Origin: Gekko japonicus
Lineage: Eukaryota
Direction of reading: 5' to 3'
DNA length: 64,000 bases
Assembly (NCBI RefSeq): GCF_001447785.1
Contig: NW_015168717.1
Span: 102,752 to 166,751, forward strand
The translations under genes were made by a program, and so were the position numbers. Positions 50,615 through 63,097 of this stretch are shown in pieces. The notes beneath the pieces are model-generated. The model searched no databases. It worked only from the letters and a program-made list of their open reading frames with translations, and was not told the DNA's origin. Every line of letters starts with the position of its first letter. The stretch's first letter is position 1.

Positions 50615-51588
50615 CTAGGAATAAGGCCTGTTGTGGAAATAAATATAACGAGATCTAGAAAGAGGCTCTGGGAGAGTGCCCCGGCCTTGGACACTCAGTG
50701 TCAATTTGCTGTGGCGACCTCAGCAGGGTATGACACCAAGTCCATTTTCTCCAGAGGAACGGATCTCTGCTACCTGAAGAACAGTTGTAATTTTTAGTGA
50801 TCTCCAGCCCCCACCTGGAGATTGGCAACAATGGTTCCCCATTATGGAATGGCTGGCTTGGAGGTGGAGTCTATGGCATTGTACCTGTCTGAGGTCCCAC
50901 CCCTCCTCAGACCTCACCCTCTCCAGGCTCCATCCCTCAAATCTCCAGGAATTTCCCACCTGGAGTTGGCAACCCTATTTCATTCCCAGCCAATCATCAA
51001 TCTACCTTTATTTTCCTCTCATTCTTTAGCTTTCCACACACCCCTCACCTGCAGCCTCTACCGTGCTCTGAAGCCCTGACTGCTACGTCACATTGGTGGA
51101 ATTTCCCACATACAGGGGCCATCTCAGCAGGATATAAGGACACAGAGTCCACTATTTTCTCCAGGAGAACTGATCTCTGTCATCTGGAAAGCAGTTGTAA
51201 TTCTGAGTGATCTTCAGCCCTCCCCTGGAGATTGGCAACAGTAGTTTCTCCCAACAGGCACTAAGGGTACCTCAGAACACATTTTACCTCAGAACAGCAG
51301 CAGCAAACTGTTTAGAATGTTAGAGGCAAAGGCCTCTAATGACCTCTGTGCTCTGAGGCAAAGGCCAATCAGGCCACATATGCAAATAACCTTTGTGTTC
51401 TGACTGGCTACGGGGTGGGAGGGAGAGGAACAGCAAACTGTTTAGAATGTTGGAGGCGAGACTCAGGCAATGCAGCCAGTGGATAGGGACAGCTTCTGAC
51501 TGACAGATCACGGAGCCAAAGGCTGTGGGTGCCATGTGGAATGTTCAGCAGCATGCCACCACCAACAGAGAATTATTATATAGAGAGA
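50615..51588 (-). mobile_element. Non-autonomous Helitron
   Basis: Minus strand begins A|TCTCTCTATATAATAA and ends with a degenerate hairpin then CTAG|T. No TSD. Contains hAT MITE pieces. Confidence 0.65.
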
Positions 51589-51726
51589 TGAGTGATGGGT
51601 GAATCCCACTGGCCCTGATATGGAAACAGGCTCAGAGAATCCAGCTGATTTTTTCCCAAATCAGGCAAATGCTCATTTTTCAGAGCCTAATTTGGTATCT
51701 TCTAGTATCATTGAGTTACCAGTATT

Positions 51727-52550
51727 AAGAACATAAGAAAAGTCCTGTTGGATCAGACCAATAGTCCATATTGTCCTGCATCCTGTTCTGCATGGTGACC
51801 CAATATGTTAATAAATAGGGACAGAAAGGCCAAAGCTTCTCCCAGCTGTTGCCCTCCAGCAACTGGTATTCAGAATTATACTACCTCTTGGCATGAAAGT
51901 TCTCTGTAGCAAATGTGGCCAATGGCTTTTGATCGATGTATCCTCAATTTATTTATATTTATTAATCATTTCCTGCAGGACCCACCATTCCTCATGGTTC
52001 AAGGCAGTTTACGATGTAGTTGTCAAATTCCTTTTAAAAGCACATACATAAGTGTCTCTCACTATTTCCTGTGGCAATGAATTTACATGGTATTATGTGT
52101 TGTGTAATGAACACTTTCTTTTGTGTGTCCTAAATCTTCATCCACTCAACTTCATTGTGTAGCTCTGAAATCTAGTATATGTGGGAGAAGGAACAAAAAA
52201 ACTATCCAATTTCTTGGAACCTTTCATAATTATAAAAAACATCGATGTATCCTCAATTTATTTATATTTATTAATTAAAATATTTATATCCCACCATTCC
52301 TCATGGTTCAAGGCAGTTTACGATGTAGTTGTCAAATTCCTTTTAAAAGCACATACATAAGTGTCTCTCACTATTTCCTGTGGCAATGAATTTACATGGT
52401 ATTATGTGTTGTGTAATGAACACTTTCTTTTGTGTGTCCTAAATCTTCATCCACTCAACTTCATTGTGTAGCTCTGAAATCTAGTATATGTGGGAGAAGG
52501 AACAAAAAAACTATCCAATTTCTTGGAACCTTTCATAATTATAAAAAACA
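51727..52550 (-). mobile_element. Old CR1 3' fragment with a ~309-bp tandem duplication (51932-52240 / 52241-52550)
   Basis: taagaacataaga tail complement and two nearly identical adjacent copies. Confidence 0.85.
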
Positions 52551-53213
52551 TTTATTTTACTTTATTTATTTATTTATTTTCATATTTGTATCCCGCCCAT
52601 CCCACAAGTGGGCTCAGGGCAGGTCACATCATATTTCAACAGGTACAATAAAGTTTAAAAACACAATATAAACGTTTAAAATCAGTGGTTACAGCTTACT
52701 GGTGAAAGTTCCAACCCATTAGTGCAGATGGATATGACCGGTTACCTATGGATGGGTGACCGGTAGGTGGGAAACAGCAACCTCAGGGAGGCCAAGTGTG
52801 GATGCCTGCTGCCTCAACCAAAAGCCTGGTGGAACAGCTCTGTCTTGCAGGCCCTGCAGAACTGAATAAGATCCCGCAGGGTCCTGATCTTGTTGGGGAG
52901 CATGTTCCACCTGGTGGGAGCCAGTGCAGTAAAGGCCCTGGCCCTGGTTGAAGCTAGACAGAAGTAATTTGGGCCAAGGACTGATAGGAGATGCTGATTA
53001 TTAGAGCTTAAAGTTCTTTGAGGCATTTACAGGAAGAGGCGGTCCCTTAAATATGTTGGTCCCAGGCTGTATAAGGCTTTGAAAGTTATTACCAACACCT
53101 TGAAGTGGATCCAGTACTCAACTGGTAACCAGTGCAGCTGGAAAAGTACGTGCTGAATGTGAGCCCACACAGGCATTGATGTCAGCAGGCACACCACTGC
53201 ATTTTGCACCAGT
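52551..53213 (-). mobile_element. L2-type LINE 3' fragment
   Basis: QLHWLPVEYWIHFKVLVITFKAL and RAFTALAPTRWNMLP motifs. Confidence 0.88.
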
Positions 53214-53214
53214 T

Positions 53215-56200
53215 GAGCTTTAATTTAGCTCAATAGACCAGAGGTTTTAAGCTTATACAGAACTGAAATAAAATTATAGCATCAGTTGATATTACATAGG
53301 AGAATTAAAACAAATCCAATAAACAAGTAATAAAATAAAATCTGAATCATCATAATATAAAAACCATAGAACCATAACAGTTTTGGAGAAAATTAAAATT
53401 CCTTACTATGATAAATACACTGTGTAAGAGTTAATAAAAGGTTAAGATGAGATAGACCCTAAATGATAAGATAGGGTAAACCTTTTGTTAAGATCTTCAG
53501 AATCATGAGTTGATTGTAATTTAACATTCCAGTAAGTCATATAATAAAACAATCATTTATTTGCAGTTAATTTAGGGACATTTCTCTGTCATTTCAGAGA
53601 GATTATTATTGCCAGATATTTTGTGACAGAATAAGATTTCAGGATTGATATTTGTCAATAGTTGGGATGTTAACCAAGATTCCATAGGAATACGATTTTT
53701 AAGCAAGATTGGACTAATTCACAGGGAACTGCGAACTCACCATTGGGAACAGAACAATAAGAGGTGGTCCAGTGACTCTAATGCACCAGATGCACAGTCA
53801 CATAACCAATCTGAATACAGGATTTTCACAAAATGACCCATTAGCTTTGCAGTCAGAAAAGTGTATAACCTAGCAAGCGTGAAAGCATGTCTGTGACTAG
53901 GGATTGTGAGAAATCTCATATACGAAGGTAGAATCAATGGGGGATTATTAAGCAGCGTAGCAGTTTGAGCATATCATCTATATATCTTTCCCACGTACTT
54001 CTATGATTATCCTCCTTCAGCAAGTGTAGAAGATCCCTTTGAAGACTGGATGCTGAACAGAAAGCCTTCAATCTTAGTTTGGAGGTAGCCATCCAGGCTC
54101 TCAGTTCAAAAGTGCATTGTGTTTGTTCCAGTCGAAGCACATTTCTTGCAAAACATCTAGGGACTCCCGCCAGCCAGCACAGAAACTGAACAAGTGTGTT
54201 ATCCAAGGATTCAGAGACTTCATCTATCCAGATGGCTGCCCCATATAGAATCTGAGGGATTATTTTAGTGTTAAAAGCTCTGATAGCCATTGGTACATAC
54301 TGCCTGCCTTTCAAATAAAAGAACTTTAGGAGTGCATTTGAATTTATTCTAGCAGTATCAATTACTGAGTGGAAATGTGACCTCCAAGACAGATTGTAAC
54401 TAAAAGTCACTCCCAGGTATTTAAATTGGGTCATCTGCTCTATTTTCCCTCCCTTGATGGTCCATGTTTTCTGGATATGGCAAGGCTTCTTTGAAAAACC
54501 CATTATTTTCAATTTATCATAATTTAGTGAGAGTCCCTCATGATTGCAATAATGAATGAACACATTTAGTACCTTACAGAGGCCCGCTTCTCATCTGGAT
54601 AGTAGGCGTGTATCATCCACTTTAAGCAGGATGGGAATTTCAAACCTGGCTAATATAAGCGTGTGGTAGGCAATCTTGTTTTACTCCTTTCAAGAGACTG
54701 AATTGAGCTGGTAAGCTAGTGTCCAAGCCACAATGGACTTGCACAGTAGGATTCTCATATAGTTTGAAAATAAGCCAAAGTAATCTTTTTCTATTGTTTT
54801 ATTCAGCTTGGCCCAAAGGCAGGATCTAGGGACTGAATCAAAGACAACCCTAAGATCCATAAAAGCTATGTAGAGGCAACCAACTGAATACGAGGAATAT
54901 TTATCAGCTAAGTGATATAGGATAAGGCAATGATCTAAGGCCTTTCTTGAACCCAGTTTGCTCAGGGTATGTTATTGCTTTTGCCTCCAATCATGTCAAT
55001 AATTTGGAATATAGGAAAGCTATGTACACCTTACCTATTGATGAAAGCAGACTGATAGGCCAATAATCTACAGGGCCATTTCTTGGACCTTTTTTAATGT
55101 ATCGGTAATATCGTTGTATATTTCCAGGAGGTGGGAATAATTCCTGTGTTATTAATTTGAATGAAGAGAGGAGCCAAGATATTGCTCCACCAAGGCAAAT
55201 TAGTTTTCAATAAATCAATTGGAATTAAGTCCGGCCTTGGAGCTTTACCAGAGTGCATTTGCTTAATTAGGGAGTTCACTGTCTCCAGAAGGACTAGAGC
55301 CCAGATATCAGTTCGAGGAGTCTCAATCTGGTCTGTTACAAAATCAAATCCAGGTGTCTCTATGAAGGTAGAAGTAAAATGCCGTTCTCAGATCACAGAC
55401 GTGAAGCATGAAGGGAAGCTAACTACCAAAGAGAGGCCCCTATTAACCATGTTCCAGATGGTCTGTGACTCATTATTGATAATACCTGAAATTATAATCT
55501 CCCAGTTCTTATGTAGGGCCAGCCCTTTTTTTAGACTTCATCACTGTCCTGAACGCCCTTTTCACTGACATAAAATTTAATAGGTATAACTGTAAATTAG
55601 TGTGTTTAAATAGATGGAGTTTAAATCTAATTCTTCTAATGTATTCTCTATATACTCCCCATCAAACCAATTGTTTTTGTGCTCGTATCTGAAGGGAGTT
55701 GAATATTTTAAACAGACTGACTTAAAGAGATCTAGAATATTGGACATTAGGTGTAACATTCTTACTATATCCCTCTGTTTAAAAAATTCTGCAAGAACAG
55801 ACTTGCAGTTGTTGGAATTCATAATATTCAATACTGTAGGGATTAAGTCAGGTGACCATCTAATTGGTTTCAGAATTTTCCCACTTTATAGCAAACCAGA
55901 TGATGATCCAGTTGGTAACAATCAGTCAGAGGGAAATGAGATAGTAAGTTGCAATGGGAGATGATCGCCTCCATGGTAATTTCCTAGCTTAAAATTGTAG
56001 ATCTACAGAAGGAAGCCAACCGAAACTAACATATAATCAATTACACTAGTATCACTCTGTGTCACACATGTAAAGTTCCCTACAAGATCTAAATTTGTAA
56101 AGCCATTTAGAATCACCAAGCCATGGTTCAATGTACAGTTAAATAACTTTTTACCAACAAAATTGACTTTAGTGTCTTTGGGTGTTCTCTCATACAAATA

Positions 56201-56520
56201 CAGATATGAAAGCTCATCCAAAGACTCCACCATCCCAGATGTTAGAAGGGCTTCACCATTTTGGCCAATATGGGCATCGAAATCACCTGCTAGTAATACC
56301 AGAGCTCTAGGGTATTGTACCATGATCATCTCTAGAAGGTTCCCCAGCTCTTTCCAAAATGCTGTAATGTCCCTTTGCAACATTTGTGGTAGGAAATAGG
56401 TTGTAACAATTATGAGAAAGGGCTGGAAACTGGAACAGCAGTGCAATTATGCACTCCTGAGAGATGATCCAAGGTATACTGGAGCAATTTAATGCTGAGG
56501 AAAGTAGACATGCTAAACCT
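53215..56520 (-). mobile_element. Decayed non-LTR retrotransposon ORF2 (APE endonuclease, RT, CCHC); RTEX-like, clade uncertain
   Basis: LLAGDFDAHIG and SVIDYMLVS (APE); GKAPRPDLIP and QFKYLGVTF (RT); CDC..ESLDHLLLFC (zinc knuckle). Many frameshifts. Confidence 0.85.
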
Positions 56521-56559
56521 GATTTTGGGTGACCTTTAACGGAACTGGAATGAGCATTT

Positions 56560-56760
56560 ACAGCATAAAATATTTATCATGCTCCTCCTCCTTCCTTGTT
56601 GTCGTTTTTCTACACTAAAAGGCTCCAATTCCTTCAGTTGTTCCTCATAGAAGGGCACTCCAACTCCTTGTTCCTTTTGACTGCCCTTTGCTGTACATTT
56701 TCCAGTTCTTGAAAGAGATGTTTTTAAATTAATATACCAATGAAAACATTCAAAAATGTT
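56560..56760 (-). mobile_element. Old CR1 fragment; others at ~17060-17150 and ~59200-59315
   Basis: FYEEQLKELEPFSVEKR resembles CR1 YEERLKRLGLFRLEKR. Confidence 0.65.
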
Positions 56761-57030
56761 TACTAGGGAAAAAAAAGATTTTTTNNNNNNNNNNNNNNNN
56801 NNNNNNNNNNNNNNNNNNNNNNNNNNNNNNNNNNNNNNNNNNNNNNNNNNNNNNNNNNNNNNNNNNNNNNNNNNNNNNNNNNNNNNNNNNNNNNNNNNNN
56901 NNNNNNNNNNNNNNAAAGTGTCAACATTAGGACTTCCATCAACAGCAATCATGTCTCATCCTGAAACTAGGAGAAGTAATAATGGGGGGAAGATGTCTCT
57001 GGGGATAGGCAGAAAACTTTCTTTTCTTTA

Positions 57031-57327
57031 AAAAGGTAAAGGTTCCCTTGCTCGAAAGCCAGTCGAATCCGACTCTAGGGTTGCGGTGCTCATCTCCGTT
57101 TCAAAGTCGAAGAGCCAGCGCTGTCCGAAGACGTTTCCGTGGTCATGTGGCCAGCATGACTAAACACCAAGGTGCACGGAACGCTGTTACCTTCCCACCG
57201 AAGTGGCTAGGTTGGCAGGAGCTGGAACTAGAGACAGGAGCTCACCCCGTTTTGCGGCACCCGGGTCTTGAACTGCTGAACTACTGACCTTCCACAGCCT
57301 GCAGTTCAGCATCTTAACCACTTTGAG
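57031..57327 (-). mobile_element. Sauria SINE with internal deletion
   Basis: TSD cttttcttta; lacks ~39 nt between aagtgg and ctaggttgg relative to the 48573 copy. Confidence 0.92.
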
Positions 57328-58556
57328 CTTTTCTTTACTAAGTAGCTATTGCTCCCTCATAAGGGGGAAACACACCTCGGCATCTCTCCAAGCCGAAGAC
57401 AAATGTCAGGAGTCAATGTATCTATGGAGTTGCATGTAGTGGTTGTGCACGCATGCCTGTCCTGCTTCTTGGCATGATAGAAAATGGTTATGGCAGGATC
57501 CTATGTGCTTATGGGAAATGTCACAATTCTAAGAAATATGAGAGCAGGAACAACAATTACATTAATTAAGAATAAGGGAGATGATCCCCCGCCCCCCGGT
57601 AAGGCAGAGTGAACAATGTCGGGTCAATATGTGCTAGAGATGTGCAGCTGGAAATTTACTACTCAAAAGCTGACCCAAGCAATCCTCTTTTGAGAATTTA
57701 GGCTGTATCATGATAAACCATAATTTGTGCAACAAATTCTTGTTAGTGTACCAGACACAACCAGACACAACTCACACCTTCTGGCTTGGGCATAACCCAC
57801 AGTTTATTTGCTTCTTGCCTCCTCTCTAGGCCTGTCCATATATTACATGCATTACAATGGATGTGTGTACACCCTGCATCTGCTTGGAGGGAAAATCCAA
57901 CACATGGATGAAAATAAACCAGGGAGACCAAAACCTGGATAAATGTTGGGTTTAAATCACATGTTTGGAGGGACATGCATTAAATATAATGTAAGAATTG
58001 CTCAATGCGTCTATAAGGAAAAATATTAACGTGCTGTGAATACAGATTCACTGTAATGTGTGTACAAGGATTCTGCCTCCTAGCAAGAAAGACATCCTTC
58101 CTAGATTTGTCTTTTCTGTGGTGTCTACAAGTAGTGCTGCCTCGGGTGGTTTGTGAGCTCAAGTACCACAACAAACCTCAATGAACACAAACTATGGTTA
58201 ATAAAGCAGCTACAAACTATCATTTAACCCATGGAATCTCCAGTTTGTTGGAGTGGTTGTATTCAGGCTTCACAGCTAATTAAGTGTAGCCAAACCATGG
58301 TATATAAACCACTGTTTATCATCCAGTACTACTGTAGCCTTTGTACTGACAAAAAGAGTTTCAGGGGAGGTGAAAGGTATGTTTGTATTTTTTACACCTT
58401 TTCCACACAATTTTTACGCCATCCATATAGAATTGTTGCAAGAACAGGAATGAGTACTTCTACTGAATATCATTAGCATGCCCAGGAAAAAAGATGCCTC
58501 ATGTGAGTGGAGAAAACTCCTCTCAGTGTGTAACAAGATGATATGCCTGATGTGTT

Positions 58557-59158
58557 TAGGTCAATTTAATGACCCTGGAGATGTCCGGTCATGCACCCGT
58601 GACCTGACACTTGTCCAGTGTATCATGTAGTTTGGCCCTCAGGTGCAGGGATCTTTGTAACAAAATACTATGTTCATAAAATCTAGTAGTGTCCCTACTT
58701 ATGTTTAAATCCATTGGCCCTGACCCAGTATTCCCTTGCCAGGTCCATGACTGGATTTGTGTTGGTCACCTATGTGTATGAAAAATGGGGGGATTGGAAA
58801 TGCCTGATTCCATTTCCTTTTCAATAGGTTATTAGCAAGGATGCTGAGAACTTTGACATGAACATGTTCACTGGGTAACCTTATCCTGATCTAACTGCCT
58901 CACATACACATGAGACAAGCTCCTGATTGGATCATCTCATTTTCTAAAATCAAAATTAATCACAAGCTGTATGCAAAGCAGCTTTGTGCCTGCACACATT
59001 TGTGCCACAGGGTAATGTGTGGCCAGGTTGTGCTTTGGTAAGAAATAACAAAAGTATGTTATAGCTTACAGCTGATCTCGTTCTTGCACAGTCACCAAAC
59101 CAAATCTTCTCAGTCATTGGAAGAGACACATTTTCCCCAGGGTCATTAAACTGACCTG
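58557..59158. mobile_element. Old TIR DNA-transposon relic
   Basis: aggtcaatttaatgaccctgg / ccagggtcattaaactgacct inverted ends about 600 bp apart. Confidence 0.55.
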
Positions 59159-59703
59159 TTCATAGACAAAGAAATTAGTTATAGTTCACCCCTTCTTTGC
59201 ACATGCCGCCACCACTTCCTGCAGCAGTGAATTCCATGTGTTAATGACTCCTTTGGGTGAAGCAGTACTTCCTTTTATCTCTTCTAAGCCTACTGCTCCT
59301 CAGTTTCATGGAGTCTACACTTTATTTATTTATTGTTATCTGAAGATTAACATTGCAAGATCAAAAGCCCTTGTCTCTTGTAAACATCTTCCCATCTCCT
59401 ACACTGGAATCCAGTAAAAAGGCTAAGTCCTGCATTTATTTGGGTTATGATTTTCTGTAATTAATGCACCCATTGATTGCTTCCCCAACTTTCCCCTAAA
59501 GACGATTTCCATATGTAATTCATAGAAAAAGTATACAAAATTGGAGTCCAGGCTTCAGTGCCACCTTTTAAGACCAACAAAGTTTTTTTCAAGGCTGGAG
59601 TGCACACTTCCTCTGAGATTAGTTCCTTGGCTGACCCACATATACACAGAGCAGATCGCCCAACCCCTGCCAAGGCAGCTTCTCCAGGTGGCAGGGAGAG
59701 GAG

Positions 59704-59971
59704 CCCGTGGCTGCATCCTCATCCAGAAACTCCAGTGCCACCTTAAGACCAACAAAATTTTCTGCAAGGCTGGAATGCACACAGGGGCCCGTGGCTGCAT
59801 CCTCATCCAGAAACTCCAGTGCCACCTTAAGACCAACAAAATTTTCTGCAAGGCTGGAATGCACACAGGGGCCCGTGGCTGCATCCTCATCCAGAAACTC
59901 CAGTGCCACCTTAAGACCAACAAAATTTTCTGCAAGGCTGGAATGCACACAGGGGCCCGTGGCTGCATCCT
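59704..59971. repeat. 84-bp perfect tandem repeat, 3.2 copies, partly Penelope-derived
   Basis: Unit starts at 59704, 59788, 59872 and 59956 and contains ctccagtgccaccttaagaccaacaaa. Confidence 0.95.
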
Positions 59972-60798
59972 TCCCTCCTCCCAGAGCTCCTCTAAAGGCT
60001 GAGGCATGGTCCAGGGGATGGGTGTGAAAATCCAACCACCATGACCTCGCCCAGCCATCCGCTTCTCCAGGGATCTTACCTTCTCCAAAAGCCCATAGTG
60101 CACAGCAACCCTGAAGGGTTCTCTAAGTAAGACTCTGGATTCAGAGGTGTGGTGACCTAGGCAAGGGAAGCTCCTCTGCAGAAAGTTCCCACCAGCAGCT
60201 CACTCACACGTGGTCTAATAAGGGCTGCTGGGAGTGGGGGAGGGGCTTGTTTAAGCGGGAGGGCAGGGCAGGGCTGCCCACTGCACTTGCAAAACACATG
60301 GAGGAGAGATTCAGAAGAAGGCTGTCTGGAGAAGGGGAGGGGAGACAGACATGCCTGCATTACCTGCCTGTTGTTCTCAGGCAGAGAACCCAGGCATTTA
60401 AATCCCCCCTTCCCCTGAGTCTCTCCGCAAAAGCGGAGAGGCTTAGGGGAAAGGGGGTATGTCTGTTCATCTCCCCTTCCCTTCTCCAGCCAGCCCACTG
60501 CAGCAGGCTGGCTGGAGAAGGGGAGGGCAGGGAGGCAGACATGCCTGCGAGAACATTGGGTAGGGAACCCAGGCATGTGTAGAATGTCTTTCTCTTTCTT
60601 CCCCATCTGGGGAAGGGAAAGAAAGGCAGTCAAATCCCCCCAGTCAGCAGGGGGCTCTGCAGGGCTTCCCTGGACCATATGCCTGTGCAGGCGGGCCAGG
60701 AATGGTGGAGGGGGGGGCGCCCTGGGCTCCTTACTGCCGGAGCGCCGCTTCACTGTGCTCCGGCAGGAAATGACCCCTGGTAATAAGTAAAAGAAACA

Positions 60799-61004
60799 GA
60801 GCCAGCATGGTGTAGTGTCTAAAGTGTTATACTAGGAACTGGGAGACTTAGGTTCAAATGTCTACTCTGACATGAAGCTTGGGCCAATCAGTCTCTCTTT
60901 GCCTTACAGGATTGTGAAGATAAAAGGGAGGAAGAGCCTGCCATGTATGCTATCATGAGCTCCTTGGAGAAGAGGCAGGGTTTAAAAATGTATTAAATAA
61001 ATAA
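60799..61004 (+). mobile_element. tRNA-derived squamate SINE
   Basis: gagccagcatggtgtagtg A box, ggttcaaat B box and (TAAA)n tail. Confidence 0.8.
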
Positions 61005-61309
61005 GGTGAATATAGCACTGCCTGTGGATTTTTTCCCCTTTGCTTCATATGCCTTAAACCCTCTTTCCATACATATTTCAGTTCTACACTTGCTGAAAGT
61101 CGTATGTATTAAATCCTGTGGAAGACAAGAAAAAAACAATCAGGCTCAGCAAACAGTACTCATATACATCCATATTATGTGCATGTCCCTACTTTCTAGG
61201 CATCCCAAAGAATAGGAGAAAGAAAGGGAAAAAATGGAAAGAATACTGGACATTGGGGAAGAGAGATAATCCATACTCAGTGTAAAATATGTGCAAGCCA
61301 GAGAGGAAG

Positions 61310-61600
61310 GAATATTGGTCACTGATTGACATCATCAAATGGAAGCAATAGCTTTGGTGATACCCCACCTTTCTATACATCGTCAGGTTCTCATTTAATT
61401 CACTGCACATGGCGGCGTGTCTCCATAGCTACTCTTGAAAATTCATTATTCATTAAATAAGTGATGAATACCAAAATATTGCAGCCACATGGTCGGCACA
61501 AATGCATCCTAATATTATTAACACATTGCCAATTTGCAACTCTTCGAAGCCTGTGTAAATGTTTTGACAGGATGCGGCAGCAAGAACAAATAAGTAGCAG
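61310..61600. promoter_or_regulatory. Candidate conserved enhancer
   Basis: TGATTGACA at 61323, ACATGGCGGC at 61407, X-box-like GTCTCCATAGCTAC at 61419 and TGTAAAT, with retained CpGs in unique DNA. Confidence 0.4.
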
Positions 61601-62679
61601 CAGACTAGATGAAGTTCAGCCTTGGTCCTAACAGCTTTCAAGGCTTAACAGCATTTTCACTGGGGCAGTACCAGATAAATTGCTCTTATGTGTGCATACA
61701 GGAGGCTCCAAATTCCTTTGAAAGTTTCTAATTTCTCATGGGAAGACCCAGCATAAAAGTTACTTTTACTCATAGAAAAACAACACCATATTTTCCTGTC
61801 AACCTTTGCTGTTGGGAATTTCAGGCTTCTTGCATTTTTTCCCCATGATTCTTTGTTGACTCAAGGGACAGGCGTTTACAACATAATTTACTTTTGGCAT
61901 GTCTCTGTAAATCATTGTAATGCTCTCTAAAAAAGAGCCCCACTCATGTTGGACTGACAAGCCACATTTCTTAGCTTCCAATGGCAGGGAGAGAGAAAAA
62001 AAAATCAAAACCTCCCATTGAGAATGGGGAGCATGGAAAGAACATGACAGAAGTCATTTTTGAAGGATTTTATATGTACTTTGATATCAATAGAGTTGTG
62101 AAAACATTGCCTAGAATTGTTACTGTGCTAAGGGATTAGGATTTTCTAAAATCAGGAAAGGAAGTTAGAGAAATGGATCGGCAAGGATCAAGAATGGGCA
62201 GGTGCACCAGTTTCCCAGAATGCCATTGATACAGGCCTCTACCAAGCTTCATGTGGCCCACTATCCATCTCCTGGGAACTTCCAGCTACTTAAAAAGGGG
62301 ACCTTTCTCAGCCAAATTTTGCAGCAGAGGAAGGCAGCAAAACCAGGGAGGTTTTTTGTTGTTGTTTTTGTATCTAGCACCTGGTGGACTTGGTGGGTAT
62401 GTAGCATTATGACTTTATTCAACACAAAAACATTCAGCATTAGCATACTAACTTCAAAAGATTATGTCTAGTTTGCTACATGTGTTTATTTATTTACCAA
62501 AGGTCACCAAAATAACTTGGTGCTGAGAATTCTCCATTGGGAACTCAGTGCCTAAGCATGGGCAGACCTGATTCAGATGGGAACCACGGGGTGCAAAAAG
62601 TGGGCACTTAAGCCTTCCCCCACTGCACCATTTTTCCTGACCCCAAACAGCCATTATTTGCTCCTCTGAAGAACTTTAG

Positions 62680-62807
62680 GGCTGCGATCACACGCACTAA
62701 ATAATGCACTTTCAATCCACTTTCCAACTGGATTTTAGTGTGAACTGGCAAAATTCAGTTGGAAAGTGCATTGAAAGTGGATTATTTAGTGTGTATGACT
62801 GCAGCCC
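62680..62807. mobile_element. Palindromic Harbinger-like MITE
   Basis: gggctgcgatcacacgcactaaataat / attatttagtgtgtatgactgcagccc; the element folds back along its whole length. Confidence 0.8.
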
Positions 62808-63097
62808 AGGTATATTAATGGTTACACATAAGTTTTTTCCACTGGAGCAAATGGTAGGTCCCTGGGGTTTTCCAGTCCCATTATTCATCTCCCCTCCCGT
62901 CCATGCACTGTGATCTCAATCCAAATCAAAAGTTCTCAGTTCTCCCAGACCATGTATGTCAACTGGCCATATAGACATCATAATGTGGGAATTGGCTAAA
63001 ATCTGTTTAGCTCCACTAAAGTCCTTCCTCCCCCAAATCCCCCCCTTCCTAGGCTCCACTCCCAAAATCTCCAGGTACTTCCCAACCTGGAACTGGC

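Noticed and set aside
57700-58340. Scattered aaaccatggtt-type palindromes
   Set aside because: Probably a decayed palindromic repeat; boundaries and family could not be supported.
59704-59971. CRISPR-like array or repeat-protein gene
   Set aside because: Units are contiguous and identical with no spacers, the context is eukaryotic, and the sequence derives from a transposon end.
60140-60779. GC-rich block with a 198-aa ORF
   Set aside because: It ends in a hAT-like TIR (gaaatgacccctg) and has inverted internal repeats, so it is probably a transposon relic. I found no left TIR or TSD and no protein homology.
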